Origin: SAR86 cluster bacterium SAR86A | GTDB lineage: Bacteria > Pseudomonadota > Gammaproteobacteria > Magnimaribacterales > D2472 | Reading direction: 5' to 3' | Assembly: GCA_000252525.1 (NCBI GenBank) | Contig: JH611157.1 | Coordinates: 348,638 to 412,637, forward strand | DNA length: 64,000 bases | Shown: positions 38,606-48,716 of the stretch, piece after piece | How positions within the stretch are numbered: position 1 is the first letter of the stretch | Layout of the letters: each line of letters starts with the position of its first letter | Notes under the pieces: model-generated | Databases searched by the model: none | Seen by the model: only the letters and a program-made list of their open reading frames with translations | Told to the model about the DNA's origin: nothing | Position numbers and translations under genes: made by a program

Positions 38606-39070
38606 ATGAAAATTAAGATCATAAATGTTGGGAATAAGCTTAATAAGTGGGAATCAGATGGTATTGGTTATTATCAAAAACAGCTACCTAAAAATATAAA
38701 AATTAGTTTTATAAATTTAAAAGGTCAACAAAATCCAAATCTTTCAAAAAAAGAGATACTCCAAAAAGAAGGAAAACAAGTTCTGTCTAAGATCTCAAGA
38801 TCTGATTTTGTTATTTCGTGGGATTCAACAGGAAAGCAGCTTGATTCTTATGAATTCAGCAATTTTATTCTTGATAGCACCCAGTCAAAAAAAGAAATTT
38901 TTTTTATAATTGGAGGCTCTCATGGCCTTTCTATGGAAGTTCTTAATAGATCAAATCAAGTTTTTTCAGCATCACTGCTTACTTTTCCTCATAGATTATT
39001 TAGACTGATCTTAATGGAGCAAATATATAGAGCATTCGCAATTATGCAAAATAAACCGTATCACAAATGA
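38606..39070 (+). CDS. rlmH: 23S rRNA (pseudouridine1915-N3)-methyltransferase
   Basis: The 154-aa SPOUT protein carries FIIGGSHGLS, HRLFRLILMEQIYRAF and a terminal PYHK. Confidence 0.88.
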   Translation: MKIKIINVGNKLNKWESDGIGYYQKQLPKNIKISFINLKGQQNPNLSKKEILQKEGKQVLSKISRSDFVISWDSTGKQLDSYEFSNFILDSTQSKKEIFFIIGGSHGLSMEVLNRSNQVFSASLLTFPHRLFRLILMEQIYRAFAIMQNKPYHK

Positions 39071-40908
39071 TAGATTTACAAGAGAGATTTTCGGAGAGAA
39101 AGAATTTCTTTAACAGATTAGTTTTAGTATATATATTATTCGGTATTTTATTTGGATTCGTTATATATAATACATACTCTCTTCAAGTTTCTAGTTTTTC
39201 AGACTACGAAATTGCCGCTCTAAAAAACAAATCAAGAGAAATATTAGTTCAACCAAAAAGAGGCATAATTTATGATAGAAATGGCAAAATTCTTGTTAAC
39301 AATGAGCCAAGTTATAACCTCATATTCAAACCTTCACAAGTAACTAATCTAGACGAATTAATAAATGAAATTAATATATTTATACCTCTTAATGAAAAGG
39401 ATATTTCTTTAATTAACAAAAATTTTAAAAAAGCAGCATCATTAAATAGAGAATTGACTCTTAAACAAAACTTATCTCAAGAGGAAATATCAAAATTTGA
39501 AGTAAGACGTCATAAATATGAGAATGTCTTTATTGCTGAGCGATTTTCTAGAAAGAATGTGTACCCAGATCTTTTCTCTCATTCAATCGGGTATGTTGGT
39601 ATCCTGGAAGGAGATGCTCTTGAACAAAAATTATCAAATCAATCAATAAAGCCAAAGGAAACTATTTTTAATTATTCTAGTGGTTTTATAGAAGGCAAAA
39701 CAGGCATTGAAAGTATCTATGATGATAATTTAAGAGGTAAATTTGGTAAAAGAATTTACGAGGTTGATGCTTCAGGAAAGCTATTAAATTTATTGAACGA
39801 AATACCTCCAGTAAATGGGGATGACATAAAAACGTCTCTTGATATAGAGAGTCAAAAAGCAGCCTATGAGGCAATACAGTCAAGAAGAGGAGCAATTGTT
39901 GCAGTTGATTTATCGTCTGGTGCGATTGTTACTTATTTAAGTTCACCATCTTTCTCAACCAATCAAATGGCAAACGGGTTATCTAATGAAGAATTTCAGG
40001 CACTCATAACAAATGAGAATAAACCTTTTTTTGACAGAGCCGTTCAAGGAAGATACTCTCCAGCATCCACAATCAAACCCGCAATAGGTTTATTCGGTCT
40101 CGAAAATAAAATTATCGATTGGGACTATACAATTGATGATCCAGGATTTTTTGTACTTCCCGAAGACAATAGAATTTATAGAGGCTGGAAAAAGGGAGGC
40201 CATGGAAATATTAATTTAAATGATGCAATCATAGAGAGCTCAAATACATTTTTCTTTTCACTTGCATATCAGTCTGATATTGATAATTTAAGAGATCATT
40301 TATTTAAATTTGGTTTTGGAAGGAATATATGTGCAGATTGCTTCTTACCAGATACAGGTCTTCTTCCAAGCCCTGAATGGAAAATGAATACTCATAACTT
40401 TGGTTGGTTCAAGGGAGATACTGTCAATATGGGTGTTGGACAGGGTTATTTGAGTGCTACTCCAATTCAGTTGGCATATTATGCTGCGATGCTAGCTAAT
40501 AAAGGAAAAGTAAATAAATTTTCATTTGTTCAAGATTTTTACGGATCTGAAAAAGACATTTTTAATCTTGAAAATGTTGATGAAGTCGATTGGAATAAGC
40601 TGCACTCAAGCATGATTGGTGTTATTGATAATCCAAAAGGTACAGCAGGACGCTTAAGAGCATTAAAGGATTATAAAATTGCAGCAAAATCAGGAACCGT
40701 TGAACTTGTAAGTACAGACACAAAAGAAGATTACAAAATTATTCGCGAGACTGAAGGTAACAGAGATCACGCAATAATAATTGCTTTTGGTCCTATGCCA
40801 AATCCAAAATATGCTGTGAGCGTTGTAATAGAAAATGGTGAAAGTGGTGGATCAGTTGCAGGTCCAGTTGCTATAGCGGTAATGAATGCATTGATTGAAA
40901 ATGATTAG
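39067..40908 (+). CDS. mrdA: Penicillin-binding protein 2 (elongasome transpeptidase)
   Basis: It has an N-terminal TM segment. The transpeptidase triad is SxxK (PASTIKP), SxN (ESSNTFF) and KSGT (AAKSGTVE). Confidence 0.9.
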   Translation: MIDLQERFSERKNFFNRLVLVYILFGILFGFVIYNTYSLQVSSFSDYEIAALKNKSREILVQPKRGIIYDRNGKILVNNEPSYNLIFKPSQVTNLDELINEINIFIPLNEKDISLINKNFKKAASLNRELTLKQNLSQEEISKFEVRRHKYENVFIAERFSRKNVYPDLFSHSIGYVGILEGDALEQKLSNQSIKPKETIFNYSSGFIEGKTGIESIYDDNLRGKFGKRIYEVDASGKLLNLLNEIPPVNGDDIKTSLDIESQKAAYEAIQSRRGAIVAVDLSSGAIVTYLSSPSFSTNQMANGLSNEEFQALITNENKPFFDRAVQGRYSPASTIKPAIGLFGLENKIIDWDYTIDDPGFFVLPEDNRIYRGWKKGGHGNINLNDAIIESSNTFFFSLAYQSDIDNLRDHLFKFGFGRNICADCFLPDTGLLPSPEWKMNTHNFGWFKGDTVNMGVGQGYLSATPIQLAYYAAMLANKGKVNKFSFVQDFYGSEKDIFNLENVDEVDWNKLHSSMIGVIDNPKGTAGRLRALKDYKIAAKSGTVELVSTDTKEDYKIIRETEGNRDHAIIIAFGPMPNPKYAVSVVIENGESGGSVAGPVAIAVMNALIEND

Positions 40909-42004
40909 AAAATTTTTAAATTTGTTTAGGAATGGTGTTTATTTTGATCAATATTTATTTATATCAATAACACTTCTCTCACTAATGGGATTAGTATTTT
41001 TATTTAGTGCATCGCAAGGCAACATAGAAACAACGATTAAACAATCTTTTTTTGTTCTCTTTGGTCTCATTCTAATGTTTGCTGTGAGCCAACCTGATCC
41101 AGATTTTTATAAAAATAACTCTTTATTGTTCTTCTTAATTTCAGTGCTTTTAGTGGTTATTACCTTATTAACAGGAAAAGAAATTAATGGAGCAAAAAGA
41201 TGGCTTGATTTAGGTTTTTTCACTTTACAAACGTCTGAGATTATTAAGATTACGCTCCCAGTATTTTTAGCTTCATATCTATTCGATAAATCTTTACCAA
41301 TAAGTTTCAAAAATACTATTGTTTCTTTAATTTTAATATTTTTTATAGTCAATCTAGTGAGGATTCAGCCTGACCTTGGGACAAGTTTAGTAATATTAAT
41401 AGCAGGCTTGTATATATTATTTTTAGCAGGATTAAGTTGGAGATTTATCGGAGTTTCTGCAGGATTATTCACATTATCTTTGCCATATATATGGAATAAT
41501 TTTTTGGAACCCTTTCAAAAACAAAGAATACTAACTCTTTTTGATCCAAATTCTGATCCTTACGGATCTGGCTGGAATATTACTCAATCAAAAATAGCTA
41601 TTGGATCTGGTGGATTCACGGGTAAGGGTTATCAACAGGGATCACAAGCACATTTGGATTTTTTACCAGAAACTGAAACCGACTTTATTTTTTCAGTCAT
41701 TGCTGAAGAATTTGGTTTCTTTGGAGTATGTGTTTTGCTTGGAATATTCTTCTTTATTTTGTTGAGATGTTTGTATCTTGCTTTAAATGCAAGAGACAGA
41801 TTTTGCAGGCTTACAATTGGCGGATTAAGTTTGTTATTTTTATCTACAGTATTTATTAATTTATCAATGGTAGTGGGGATAATACCTGTAGTTGGGATGC
41901 CGTTACCATTTATAAGCAAAGGTGGCTCATCTTTGCTATCATTTTATATTGCATTTGGAATAATAATTTCGATGGCTACACACAAAAAACTTATGAGAAG
42001 ATGA
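40895..42004 (+). CDS. rodA: Peptidoglycan glycosyltransferase RodA (SEDS family)
   Basis: The protein has 10 TM segments and the motifs SEIIKITLPVFLA, QPDLGT, PETETDFIFSVIAEEFG and PLPFISKGGSS. Confidence 0.9.
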   Translation: MKMIRKFLNLFRNGVYFDQYLFISITLLSLMGLVFLFSASQGNIETTIKQSFFVLFGLILMFAVSQPDPDFYKNNSLLFFLISVLLVVITLLTGKEINGAKRWLDLGFFTLQTSEIIKITLPVFLASYLFDKSLPISFKNTIVSLILIFFIVNLVRIQPDLGTSLVILIAGLYILFLAGLSWRFIGVSAGLFTLSLPYIWNNFLEPFQKQRILTLFDPNSDPYGSGWNITQSKIAIGSGGFTGKGYQQGSQAHLDFLPETETDFIFSVIAEEFGFFGVCVLLGIFFFILLRCLYLALNARDRFCRLTIGGLSLLFLSTVFINLSMVVGIIPVVGMPLPFISKGGSSLLSFYIAFGIIISMATHKKLMRR

Positions 42005-42888
42005 AAAATTTAATATTAATAGCTATCCTATTTAATGCTTCCATCTTTGCAGATTACTCTAATCATAAGGATAGCAAGGAAGTTATAGATGAGCTTGTGA
42101 ATGAACACGGATTTGAAGAATCTTATGTAATAAATGTTCTAAAACAAGCAAAAAAAAGAAAAACAGCACTTAATTCAGTTGCAAGACCTGCTGAAAAGAC
42201 AAAAACTTGGGATGATTATAGAGCGATTTTTTTAAAGAAAAAAAGAATCTCTGACGGAAAAAAGTTTATCCAAAACAACATTACAGTTTTAGAGAGAGCT
42301 GAAAAAGAGTTTGGGGTTCCTAAAGAAGTAATAACTGCGATCTTGGGTGTAGAAACTGATTATGGAAATATAATGGGTAGTTATAGAGTAATTGATAGCT
42401 TAACTACATTAGGATTTGATGATCCAAGAAGATCTAAATTTTTTAAGAGTGAGCTTATACAATTTTTTATTCTTACAAGAGAGAATAATCTCGATATTTT
42501 AAAAGTAAAAGGATCTTATGCTGGTGCAATGGGATATGGACAGTTTATTTCATCAAGCTATAGAGCATACGCAATAGATTTTGATGGAGATGGTTATGTT
42601 GATCTATTTAACTCGCTTGAAGATGCAATCGGAAGTACTGCAAATTATTTAAAAAGACATGGATGGAAAAAAGAAGGAAGTATCGTCACGAGAGTGTATC
42701 CAAATAATGTAAGGAAATTCTATAAGCCTCATGAGTCACTTACTCAATTTATACCATTGACATTTACCGAAAATGGAGAAGAATTACACTTTGTTGGAGA
42801 CGACAACTTTCGAGCGATTGCTAGATATAATATAAGTGATGTTTACGCTATGGCAGTGTATTATTTATCAGAAGAGTTTAAGAAATGA
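42001..42888 (+). CDS. mltB: Lytic murein transglycosylase B family
   Basis: SLT_2 motifs are present: ILGVETDYG (catalytic Glu), GAMGYGQFISSSY, and IARYNISDVYAMAV. Confidence 0.82.
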   Translation: MKNLILIAILFNASIFADYSNHKDSKEVIDELVNEHGFEESYVINVLKQAKKRKTALNSVARPAEKTKTWDDYRAIFLKKKRISDGKKFIQNNITVLERAEKEFGVPKEVITAILGVETDYGNIMGSYRVIDSLTTLGFDDPRRSKFFKSELIQFFILTRENNLDILKVKGSYAGAMGYGQFISSSYRAYAIDFDGDGYVDLFNSLEDAIGSTANYLKRHGWKKEGSIVTRVYPNNVRKFYKPHESLTQFIPLTFTENGEELHFVGDDNFRAIARYNISDVYAMAVYYLSEEFKK

Positions 42889-44027
42889 AAAAAATTATAT
42901 TAACAATAATAATCCTACCATTAGTCGCCTATTGTCAAAGCTTTGTTCCAAATGCACCAGAACTGGATTTAAAGAGCTATATATTAATAGAGCCAAACAC
43001 GAATACAGTTATCGCAGAATTTAATTCATCAGATTTGATTGAGCCAGCTAGTATGACAAAGGTCATGACAGGTTATGTTGTTTCAGATCAGATAAAAAAT
43101 GAACTTATAAGTCTTAATGATCAGGTTCTTATTAGTGAGAAAGCCTGGAAGATGGAAGGGTCAAAGATGTTTATTGAAGTTGGCAAAAAAGTAAGTATTT
43201 TAGATTTACTTAAAGGGATAATTATACAATCAGGAAACGATGCATCTGTTGCTATAGCAGAGTATGTTGGGGGAACAGAAGATGGTTTTGTCGATCTCAT
43301 GAACTCTTACGCAGGAGCACTGGGGATGAATGATACCAATTACATTAACTCTACAGGATTGCCAGCCGAGGGGCACTTCACATCTGCAAGAGATTTAGCA
43401 ACACTAACCGCAAAATTCATCAATAATTTTCCTGATGAGTACGCTTTATATAAGGAAAAGCAATTTACGTTTAACAATATTAAACAGCTCAATAGAAATA
43501 AATTACTTTGGAGAGATGAGTCCTCAGATGGAGTAAAGACTGGACATACTTCAACTGCAGGATATTGCCTTATTGGCTCTGCTGAAAGAGGTAATATGAG
43601 ACTAATTACAGTTGTTGCTGGAAGTGATTCTGACAATGACAGATTTCTATCTACACAAAGATTGCTTGAATACGGATTTAGATTTTATGCAACTCAAAAA
43701 TATTTTGATCCAAATAAAGAATATGTATCAGCAAAAGTATGGGGTGGAAGAAGTGAACAAATTCAACTTGGAGTATCAGATGAAATATCTATCACATTAC
43801 CCAGAACAAGTTTCAAAGATATTAAAGTTGATTATGAATATAAAAGTAACGTTCAGGCACCTATAATAAAAGGCCAAGTAATGGGCAGTTTAAAGATTAT
43901 TAGCGATGGAGAAGTTGTAAAGACTGCAGATCTCATTGCGTTAGAGAATGTTGAGGCAAAAGGATTTTTTGGTAGATTATGGTCTTCATTTGTTCTTTGG
44001 GTAATGAGCTTATTTGGAATTTCCTAA
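42885..44027 (+). CDS. D-alanyl-D-alanine carboxypeptidase (PBP5/6 class)
   Basis: The S11 motifs are SxxK (PASMTKVMT), SGN (IIQSGNDAS) and KTG (GVKTGHTS). The C-terminus is an amphipathic anchor. Confidence 0.88.
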   Translation: MKKIILTIIILPLVAYCQSFVPNAPELDLKSYILIEPNTNTVIAEFNSSDLIEPASMTKVMTGYVVSDQIKNELISLNDQVLISEKAWKMEGSKMFIEVGKKVSILDLLKGIIIQSGNDASVAIAEYVGGTEDGFVDLMNSYAGALGMNDTNYINSTGLPAEGHFTSARDLATLTAKFINNFPDEYALYKEKQFTFNNIKQLNRNKLLWRDESSDGVKTGHTSTAGYCLIGSAERGNMRLITVVAGSDSDNDRFLSTQRLLEYGFRFYATQKYFDPNKEYVSAKVWGGRSEQIQLGVSDEISITLPRTSFKDIKVDYEYKSNVQAPIIKGQVMGSLKIISDGEVVKTADLIALENVEAKGFFGRLWSSFVLWVMSLFGIS

Positions 44028-44029
44028 GC

Positions 44030-44860
44030 ATGGATCAAATCCATGCAATATATAATGGGAATTTTGATAATCTAGAAGATATCAAAGTATCTCCTTTAAG
44101 TAGAGCATATACATTTTCTGATAGTGTCTACGAAGTCATTCCTTTTTTTAATAATGAAGTAATTGCATTTAATAGGCATATTGAAAGACTTCAATACAGT
44201 TGTAGATCAATGAATATTGATGCGAATATAGATCAATCTTCAAAAGAAATATTGCAACTTATTTCTTTAAGCAAAATCAAGGATGGATATGTTTACTACC
44301 AAATCTCCAGAGGTGTGGATCCAATAAGATCGCATATGTATAGCTCAAAATTGCATGCAGAAACATTTGGGTATGTTACAAGTCACAAATTTGAAGAACA
44401 AACTTTAAAAGTTGCTTTATGCGAAGATATTAGGTGGCAAAGGTGCGACATAAAATCAACATCTCTACTTGGTAATGTTCTTAGTATGAATGAGGCAAAG
44501 GATCAAGCTTGTGATGAAGTTATCATGTACAAAGAAAATAAGATTACAGAAGGGGGTGCTTCTAATGTTTTTTTTATTAAAAATAATAGAATATTTACAC
44601 CTTCACTTTCATCAAATATTTTACCGGGAATCACACGGGAATTGCTTATATCAGAAGCTGCAAAGCATGAAGTTAAAATTATGGAGCAGGACTGCTCACT
44701 TGATGACTTAGTTAAAGCTGAATCAGTGTGGCTTACCAGTTCTACAAAAGGACTAGCTCCTGTATCTGAGATCGTAAATCAAAATTCAAATCTTGATGTT
44801 AGTCACCCACTTTTTAAGAAGTGTCAAAATATATTTAAAGATGCTTATTTCAAGGAGTAG
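44030..44860 (+). CDS. Class IV aminotransferase, D-amino-acid transaminase-like
   Basis: The motifs RAYTFSDSVYEVIPFF, the PLP lysine in CDIKSTSLLGNVL, and ITEGGASNVFF are present. I moved the start to ATG 44030 (MDQIHAIYNG), 2 nt after the PBP5 stop. The track ORF began at 43979, inside the PBP5 gene. Confidence 0.72.
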   Translation: MDQIHAIYNGNFDNLEDIKVSPLSRAYTFSDSVYEVIPFFNNEVIAFNRHIERLQYSCRSMNIDANIDQSSKEILQLISLSKIKDGYVYYQISRGVDPIRSHMYSSKLHAETFGYVTSHKFEEQTLKVALCEDIRWQRCDIKSTSLLGNVLSMNEAKDQACDEVIMYKENKITEGGASNVFFIKNNRIFTPSLSSNILPGITRELLISEAAKHEVKIMEQDCSLDDLVKAESVWLTSSTKGLAPVSEIVNQNSNLDVSHPLFKKCQNIFKDAYFKE

Positions 44861-45830
44861 TTAGGGCAATAACAATATTATCTAATTCTTGCCAAAACTG
44901 TTTTTTTGTAATTCCTCCAAGTCCCTTTGATGCAAGATCAAGTTCATATACTTTTTTCTGAAGAGGCATAATTTTTTTTAGAGAAATATTTTTTACAAAA
45001 TGTTTATATGATGATATTTTGCTTTGCCAGATACCGGCATTACTTAAACCTTTCTCTCTATTTGGATTTTGAAGGGCGATTACAGAAACGTTGATAACTT
45101 TACCAATAATCCAAACCAACAATTGCGCATAATGATCATCATTTTTATGAATAGATTTTATGATCCTTAAAGCATGATTTTTTTTCAATTCAATGATCTT
45201 ATCCTCAAGCTCATATGGTGAGAACTCACCCTGATCTTCAAAAGAAGTAATACTTATTTTAGAATCTTTTTCATAAGATAGTTTTAATAAATTTATTTCA
45301 TTTTGCTGTGCTACCAAATTACCTGGAAAAAGATCCAAGATCCTTTCAGTGTACTCTTTCATATGGCCTTCAGAAATAAAACTAAGTTGATCTTTTAACC
45401 AAGCTTTTTCTTGAAAAGACTTTAATTTATTGCATTCAATGATCACTGCAGACTGATCCATTTGTTTGATCCATGACGCTTTTTTGGAAATCTTGCTAAT
45501 TGATGAACGAATAATAAAAACAAGATTATCGATATTTTTAAATGATAAAACATCCATAATATCTTTAGGAATTTTTCCACCCTCATGGATTATTTCAACT
45601 ATAATTCTTGATCCAAACAGTGAGCCCCCAGCATTTTGCGTGATAATCTGACTAATGTTCGGAAAATCTTTTGATGTAATTATTTTCTTTTCATCAAAAC
45701 CATTTTTTTTATAAAAATTACAAATATAGTCTCTTGCATTATTTTGAAGAACAATCTCATCACCATATATAAAAAAAATTTTTTCTGATTTATCTATATA
45801 CTTTGGCAAAGATAGGGAATCACACTTCAA
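44850..45830 (-). CDS. holA: DNA polymerase III subunit delta
   Basis: The 326-aa protein starts with an N-terminal IFFIYGDE motif. It occupies the conserved leuS-lptE-holA position. The sequence itself is divergent. Confidence 0.75.
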   Translation of the reverse strand: MKCDSLSLPKYIDKSEKIFFIYGDEIVLQNNARDYICNFYKKNGFDEKKIITSKDFPNISQIITQNAGGSLFGSRIIVEIIHEGGKIPKDIMDVLSFKNIDNLVFIIRSSISKISKKASWIKQMDQSAVIIECNKLKSFQEKAWLKDQLSFISEGHMKEYTERILDLFPGNLVAQQNEINLLKLSYEKDSKISITSFEDQGEFSPYELEDKIIELKKNHALRIIKSIHKNDDHYAQLLVWIIGKVINVSVIALQNPNREKGLSNAGIWQSKISSYKHFVKNISLKKIMPLQKKVYELDLASKGLGGITKKQFWQELDNIVIALTTP

Positions 45831-46308
45831 TTAAGTTGACCTCTGTTAAGATTTGGTTGACAAATTCGTTATATATTTCATCTCTAATGAAATCCAACAT
45901 TTCTTTTTCAGCAAGAATATTTAATTCATTTGCATTATATCTTTTCATAACCATCAGTTTTTTATTAATTTTCTTTGCACCCTTTGAAATCGATAGCATT
46001 AAAGAAGATTTTACCTCTGTTTCAAGCGCTCTAAGAGCATCACCAGAATATACATCATAGGTTTTCAATACAAAATCTGAGACTTCAATAATATTTGATT
46101 TTTTTTCTTTAATATTTTTATTGACGCCCAATGAAAAGATTAAATGACTTTGAAGTTTTATTGGAATATCTGAATCAAAGTTTAGATCATAGCTATTTAA
46201 ACCTGTTTCTGAGTAATCAATTACATTGAAGTTACAACAACTAATAAGGAGCAATACAAAACTTTGACAAAATATTTTTACGCAAAAATTACTCACATTT
46301 ACATTCAT
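45820..46308 (-). CDS. lptE: LPS-assembly lipoprotein
   Basis: A lipobox (LLLISCC) is present and length is 162 aa. The gene lies between leuS and holA, with overlapping junctions on both sides. Confidence 0.65.
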   Translation of the reverse strand: MNVNVSNFCVKIFCQSFVLLLISCCNFNVIDYSETGLNSYDLNFDSDIPIKLQSHLIFSLGVNKNIKEKKSNIIEVSDFVLKTYDVYSGDALRALETEVKSSLMLSISKGAKKINKKLMVMKRYNANELNILAEKEMLDFIRDEIYNEFVNQILTEVNLIEV

Positions 46309-48716
46309 ACTACAAAATTTATTAATTTATTTTCTACATATATTGTTTTTTTCACATTTACAGAACCTATATGTGATTTTACGTTATCAACGTTTTTAGC
46401 AAGCTCCTCAATTTCAGTTTTTGATTTATTTACTTCGATATTTATCTTTCCTCTAACTTTTCCATTAACTTGAATGATTAGTTCAAATTCTTCTATTGCA
46501 AGAAGAGATTCATCAATCTCAGGCCACCAAGACTCAATATTTTTCGCATCATATTCATATTCAGACCAGAGTTGATCACAAATATGTGGTGCAATGGGTG
46601 AAAGCATTTTCAGAATAAATACTATTGCCTCATTTAGACAAAATTTACTTGAATCATTGAGCTCATCAACTTTAAATTTTTCAGGTATAAAATTTAAAAG
46701 CTCCATAATTGCAGCAATTGCTGTATTAAATCCAAATCTTTTTTCATAGTCATTTTGCACTTTTTTAAGAGTAGCATGAGACTTTCTTCTTAATGCTAGA
46801 TCATCTTTACTAAATTTAAGATCATCAATCTTTAACTCAATATATTTTTTACCCTCAATGAGCTTCCAAACTTTATTTAAAAATCTTGATGCTCCCTCTA
46901 CTGATGATTCATTCCATTCAAGACTTTGATCAGGTGGAGAAGTAAACATCATGTACAGTCTTACTGTATCAGCACCATACTTATCAATAAATGATTGAGG
47001 ATCAACTGTGTTTCCTTTTGATTTTGACATCTTAGCTCCATCTTTAAGTACCATTCCTTGAGTCAAGAGTCTCTTGAATGGTTCGTCTCCTTCAATCATT
47101 CCTATGTCTCTTAGCGCCTTATGAAAGAATCTAGAATATAAGAGATGCAAAATTGCATGTTCTATACCTCCAATATATAGATCAACAGGCAACCAATATT
47201 TTGTATTTTCATCAAATATTTGTTTTGAGTTTCCAGCAGAAGTAAATCTAGCGTGATACCAGGAAGAATCCATAAATGTGTCAAAAGTATCAGTTTCTCT
47301 TGTTATGCCATTCCCAAGTTCAACAAAATCTTTAATCTGACTTAGTGGGACCGGAGCTGCTCCATCATCAAGTTCAGGTAAGATAACTGGCATATCATTT
47401 TCATCAATGATTTCAGGCTCACCATTTTTATAAATAACTGGAATTGGACATCCCCAGTATCTCTGTCTGCTTACTCCCCAATCTCTTAATCTAAATTGAA
47501 CTAATTCCTCGCCATAACCATTGTCAATAAGCTCCTGAATTATTTCTTTAGAGGCTTCTTCAGATGTTTTACCATTAAATTTATCTGAATTAACCAATAT
47601 ACCTTTATCAAGTATTGGTAAGTCTTCTGTTCGGTCAGACTGAATGACCTGTTTTATATCTAAATTATATTTAGAAGCAAATTCAAAATCTCTTGAATCA
47701 TGGCCAGGTACGCCCATTACAACACCCGTTCCATAATCCAAGAGTACAAAATTACCAATCCAGATAGGTATCTCTTCTTTTGTAATTGGATGCATTGCTC
47801 GAATACCAGTATCAATTCCAAGTTTATCTGCTTTTGCCATATCTGCCTCAGCAGCTTTAGATTCTTTGCATACTTCTAAAAATTTTTTTATTTTTTCATT
47901 CTCTTTTGAAATTTCTATTGACATAGGATGATTTGGAGATAGTGCCAAAAAAGAGACACCAAAAATTGTATCTGGCCTAGTTGAAAACGTTGTTAAAAAA
48001 TCTTTTGTGCCTATTATTTGATACTTTATTTCTGCCCCATTTGATTTACCTATCCAATTTTTCTGCATTAATTTGACATTCTCCGGCCAATCTAAGTCAT
48101 CAAGAGACTCAAGCAATTCATCGGCGTAGTTTGTAATTTTTATGAACCATTGATCTATTTCTTTAAGTTCAACTTGTGCTCCGGACCTCCAACCTTTTCC
48201 ATCGATCACTTGTTCATTTGCAAGCACTGTTTCATCAACAGGATCCCAATTAACCATTGATTTTTTTCTATAAACTAGTCCAGCATCAAAGAACTTCTTG
48301 AAAATAAGTTGCTCCCATTTGTAATAACTTTCATCACAAGTTCTCAACTCTTTTGACCAGTCATAACTTAAACCAAGAGATTTAAGTTGTGTTTTCATAT
48401 TTTGAATATTTTGATTGGTCCATTCTTTAGGACTTACTTTGTTTTCTATTGCAGCATTTTCTGCAGGAAGACCAAAAGCGTCCCAACCCATTGGTTGAAA
48501 AACATTGTAATTTTGCATTCTTTTATATCGTGAAATTACATCACCAATGGTGTAATTTCTAACATGCCCCATATGTAATTTACCAGATGGATATGGGAAC
48601 ATGGAAAGGCAATAAAACTTTTCCCTGTCATCAATTTTTGACTCAAAGGTTTTGTTTGATTCCCATTTTTCTTGAACGGCCTCTTCAATTGATTTTGGAT
48701 TATATTCTTTGGTCAT
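46305..48716 (-). CDS. leuS: Leucine--tRNA ligase
   Basis: HIGH (PSGKLHMGHVRNY) and KMSKS (AKMSKSKGN) motifs are present. Length is 803 aa. Confidence 0.95.
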   Translation of the reverse strand: MTKEYNPKSIEEAVQEKWESNKTFESKIDDREKFYCLSMFPYPSGKLHMGHVRNYTIGDVISRYKRMQNYNVFQPMGWDAFGLPAENAAIENKVSPKEWTNQNIQNMKTQLKSLGLSYDWSKELRTCDESYYKWEQLIFKKFFDAGLVYRKKSMVNWDPVDETVLANEQVIDGKGWRSGAQVELKEIDQWFIKITNYADELLESLDDLDWPENVKLMQKNWIGKSNGAEIKYQIIGTKDFLTTFSTRPDTIFGVSFLALSPNHPMSIEISKENEKIKKFLEVCKESKAAEADMAKADKLGIDTGIRAMHPITKEEIPIWIGNFVLLDYGTGVVMGVPGHDSRDFEFASKYNLDIKQVIQSDRTEDLPILDKGILVNSDKFNGKTSEEASKEIIQELIDNGYGEELVQFRLRDWGVSRQRYWGCPIPVIYKNGEPEIIDENDMPVILPELDDGAAPVPLSQIKDFVELGNGITRETDTFDTFMDSSWYHARFTSAGNSKQIFDENTKYWLPVDLYIGGIEHAILHLLYSRFFHKALRDIGMIEGDEPFKRLLTQGMVLKDGAKMSKSKGNTVDPQSFIDKYGADTVRLYMMFTSPPDQSLEWNESSVEGASRFLNKVWKLIEGKKYIELKIDDLKFSKDDLALRRKSHATLKKVQNDYEKRFGFNTAIAAIMELLNFIPEKFKVDELNDSSKFCLNEAIVFILKMLSPIAPHICDQLWSEYEYDAKNIESWWPEIDESLLAIEEFELIIQVNGKVRGKINIEVNKSKTEIEELAKNVDNVKSHIGSVNVKKTIYVENKLINFVV

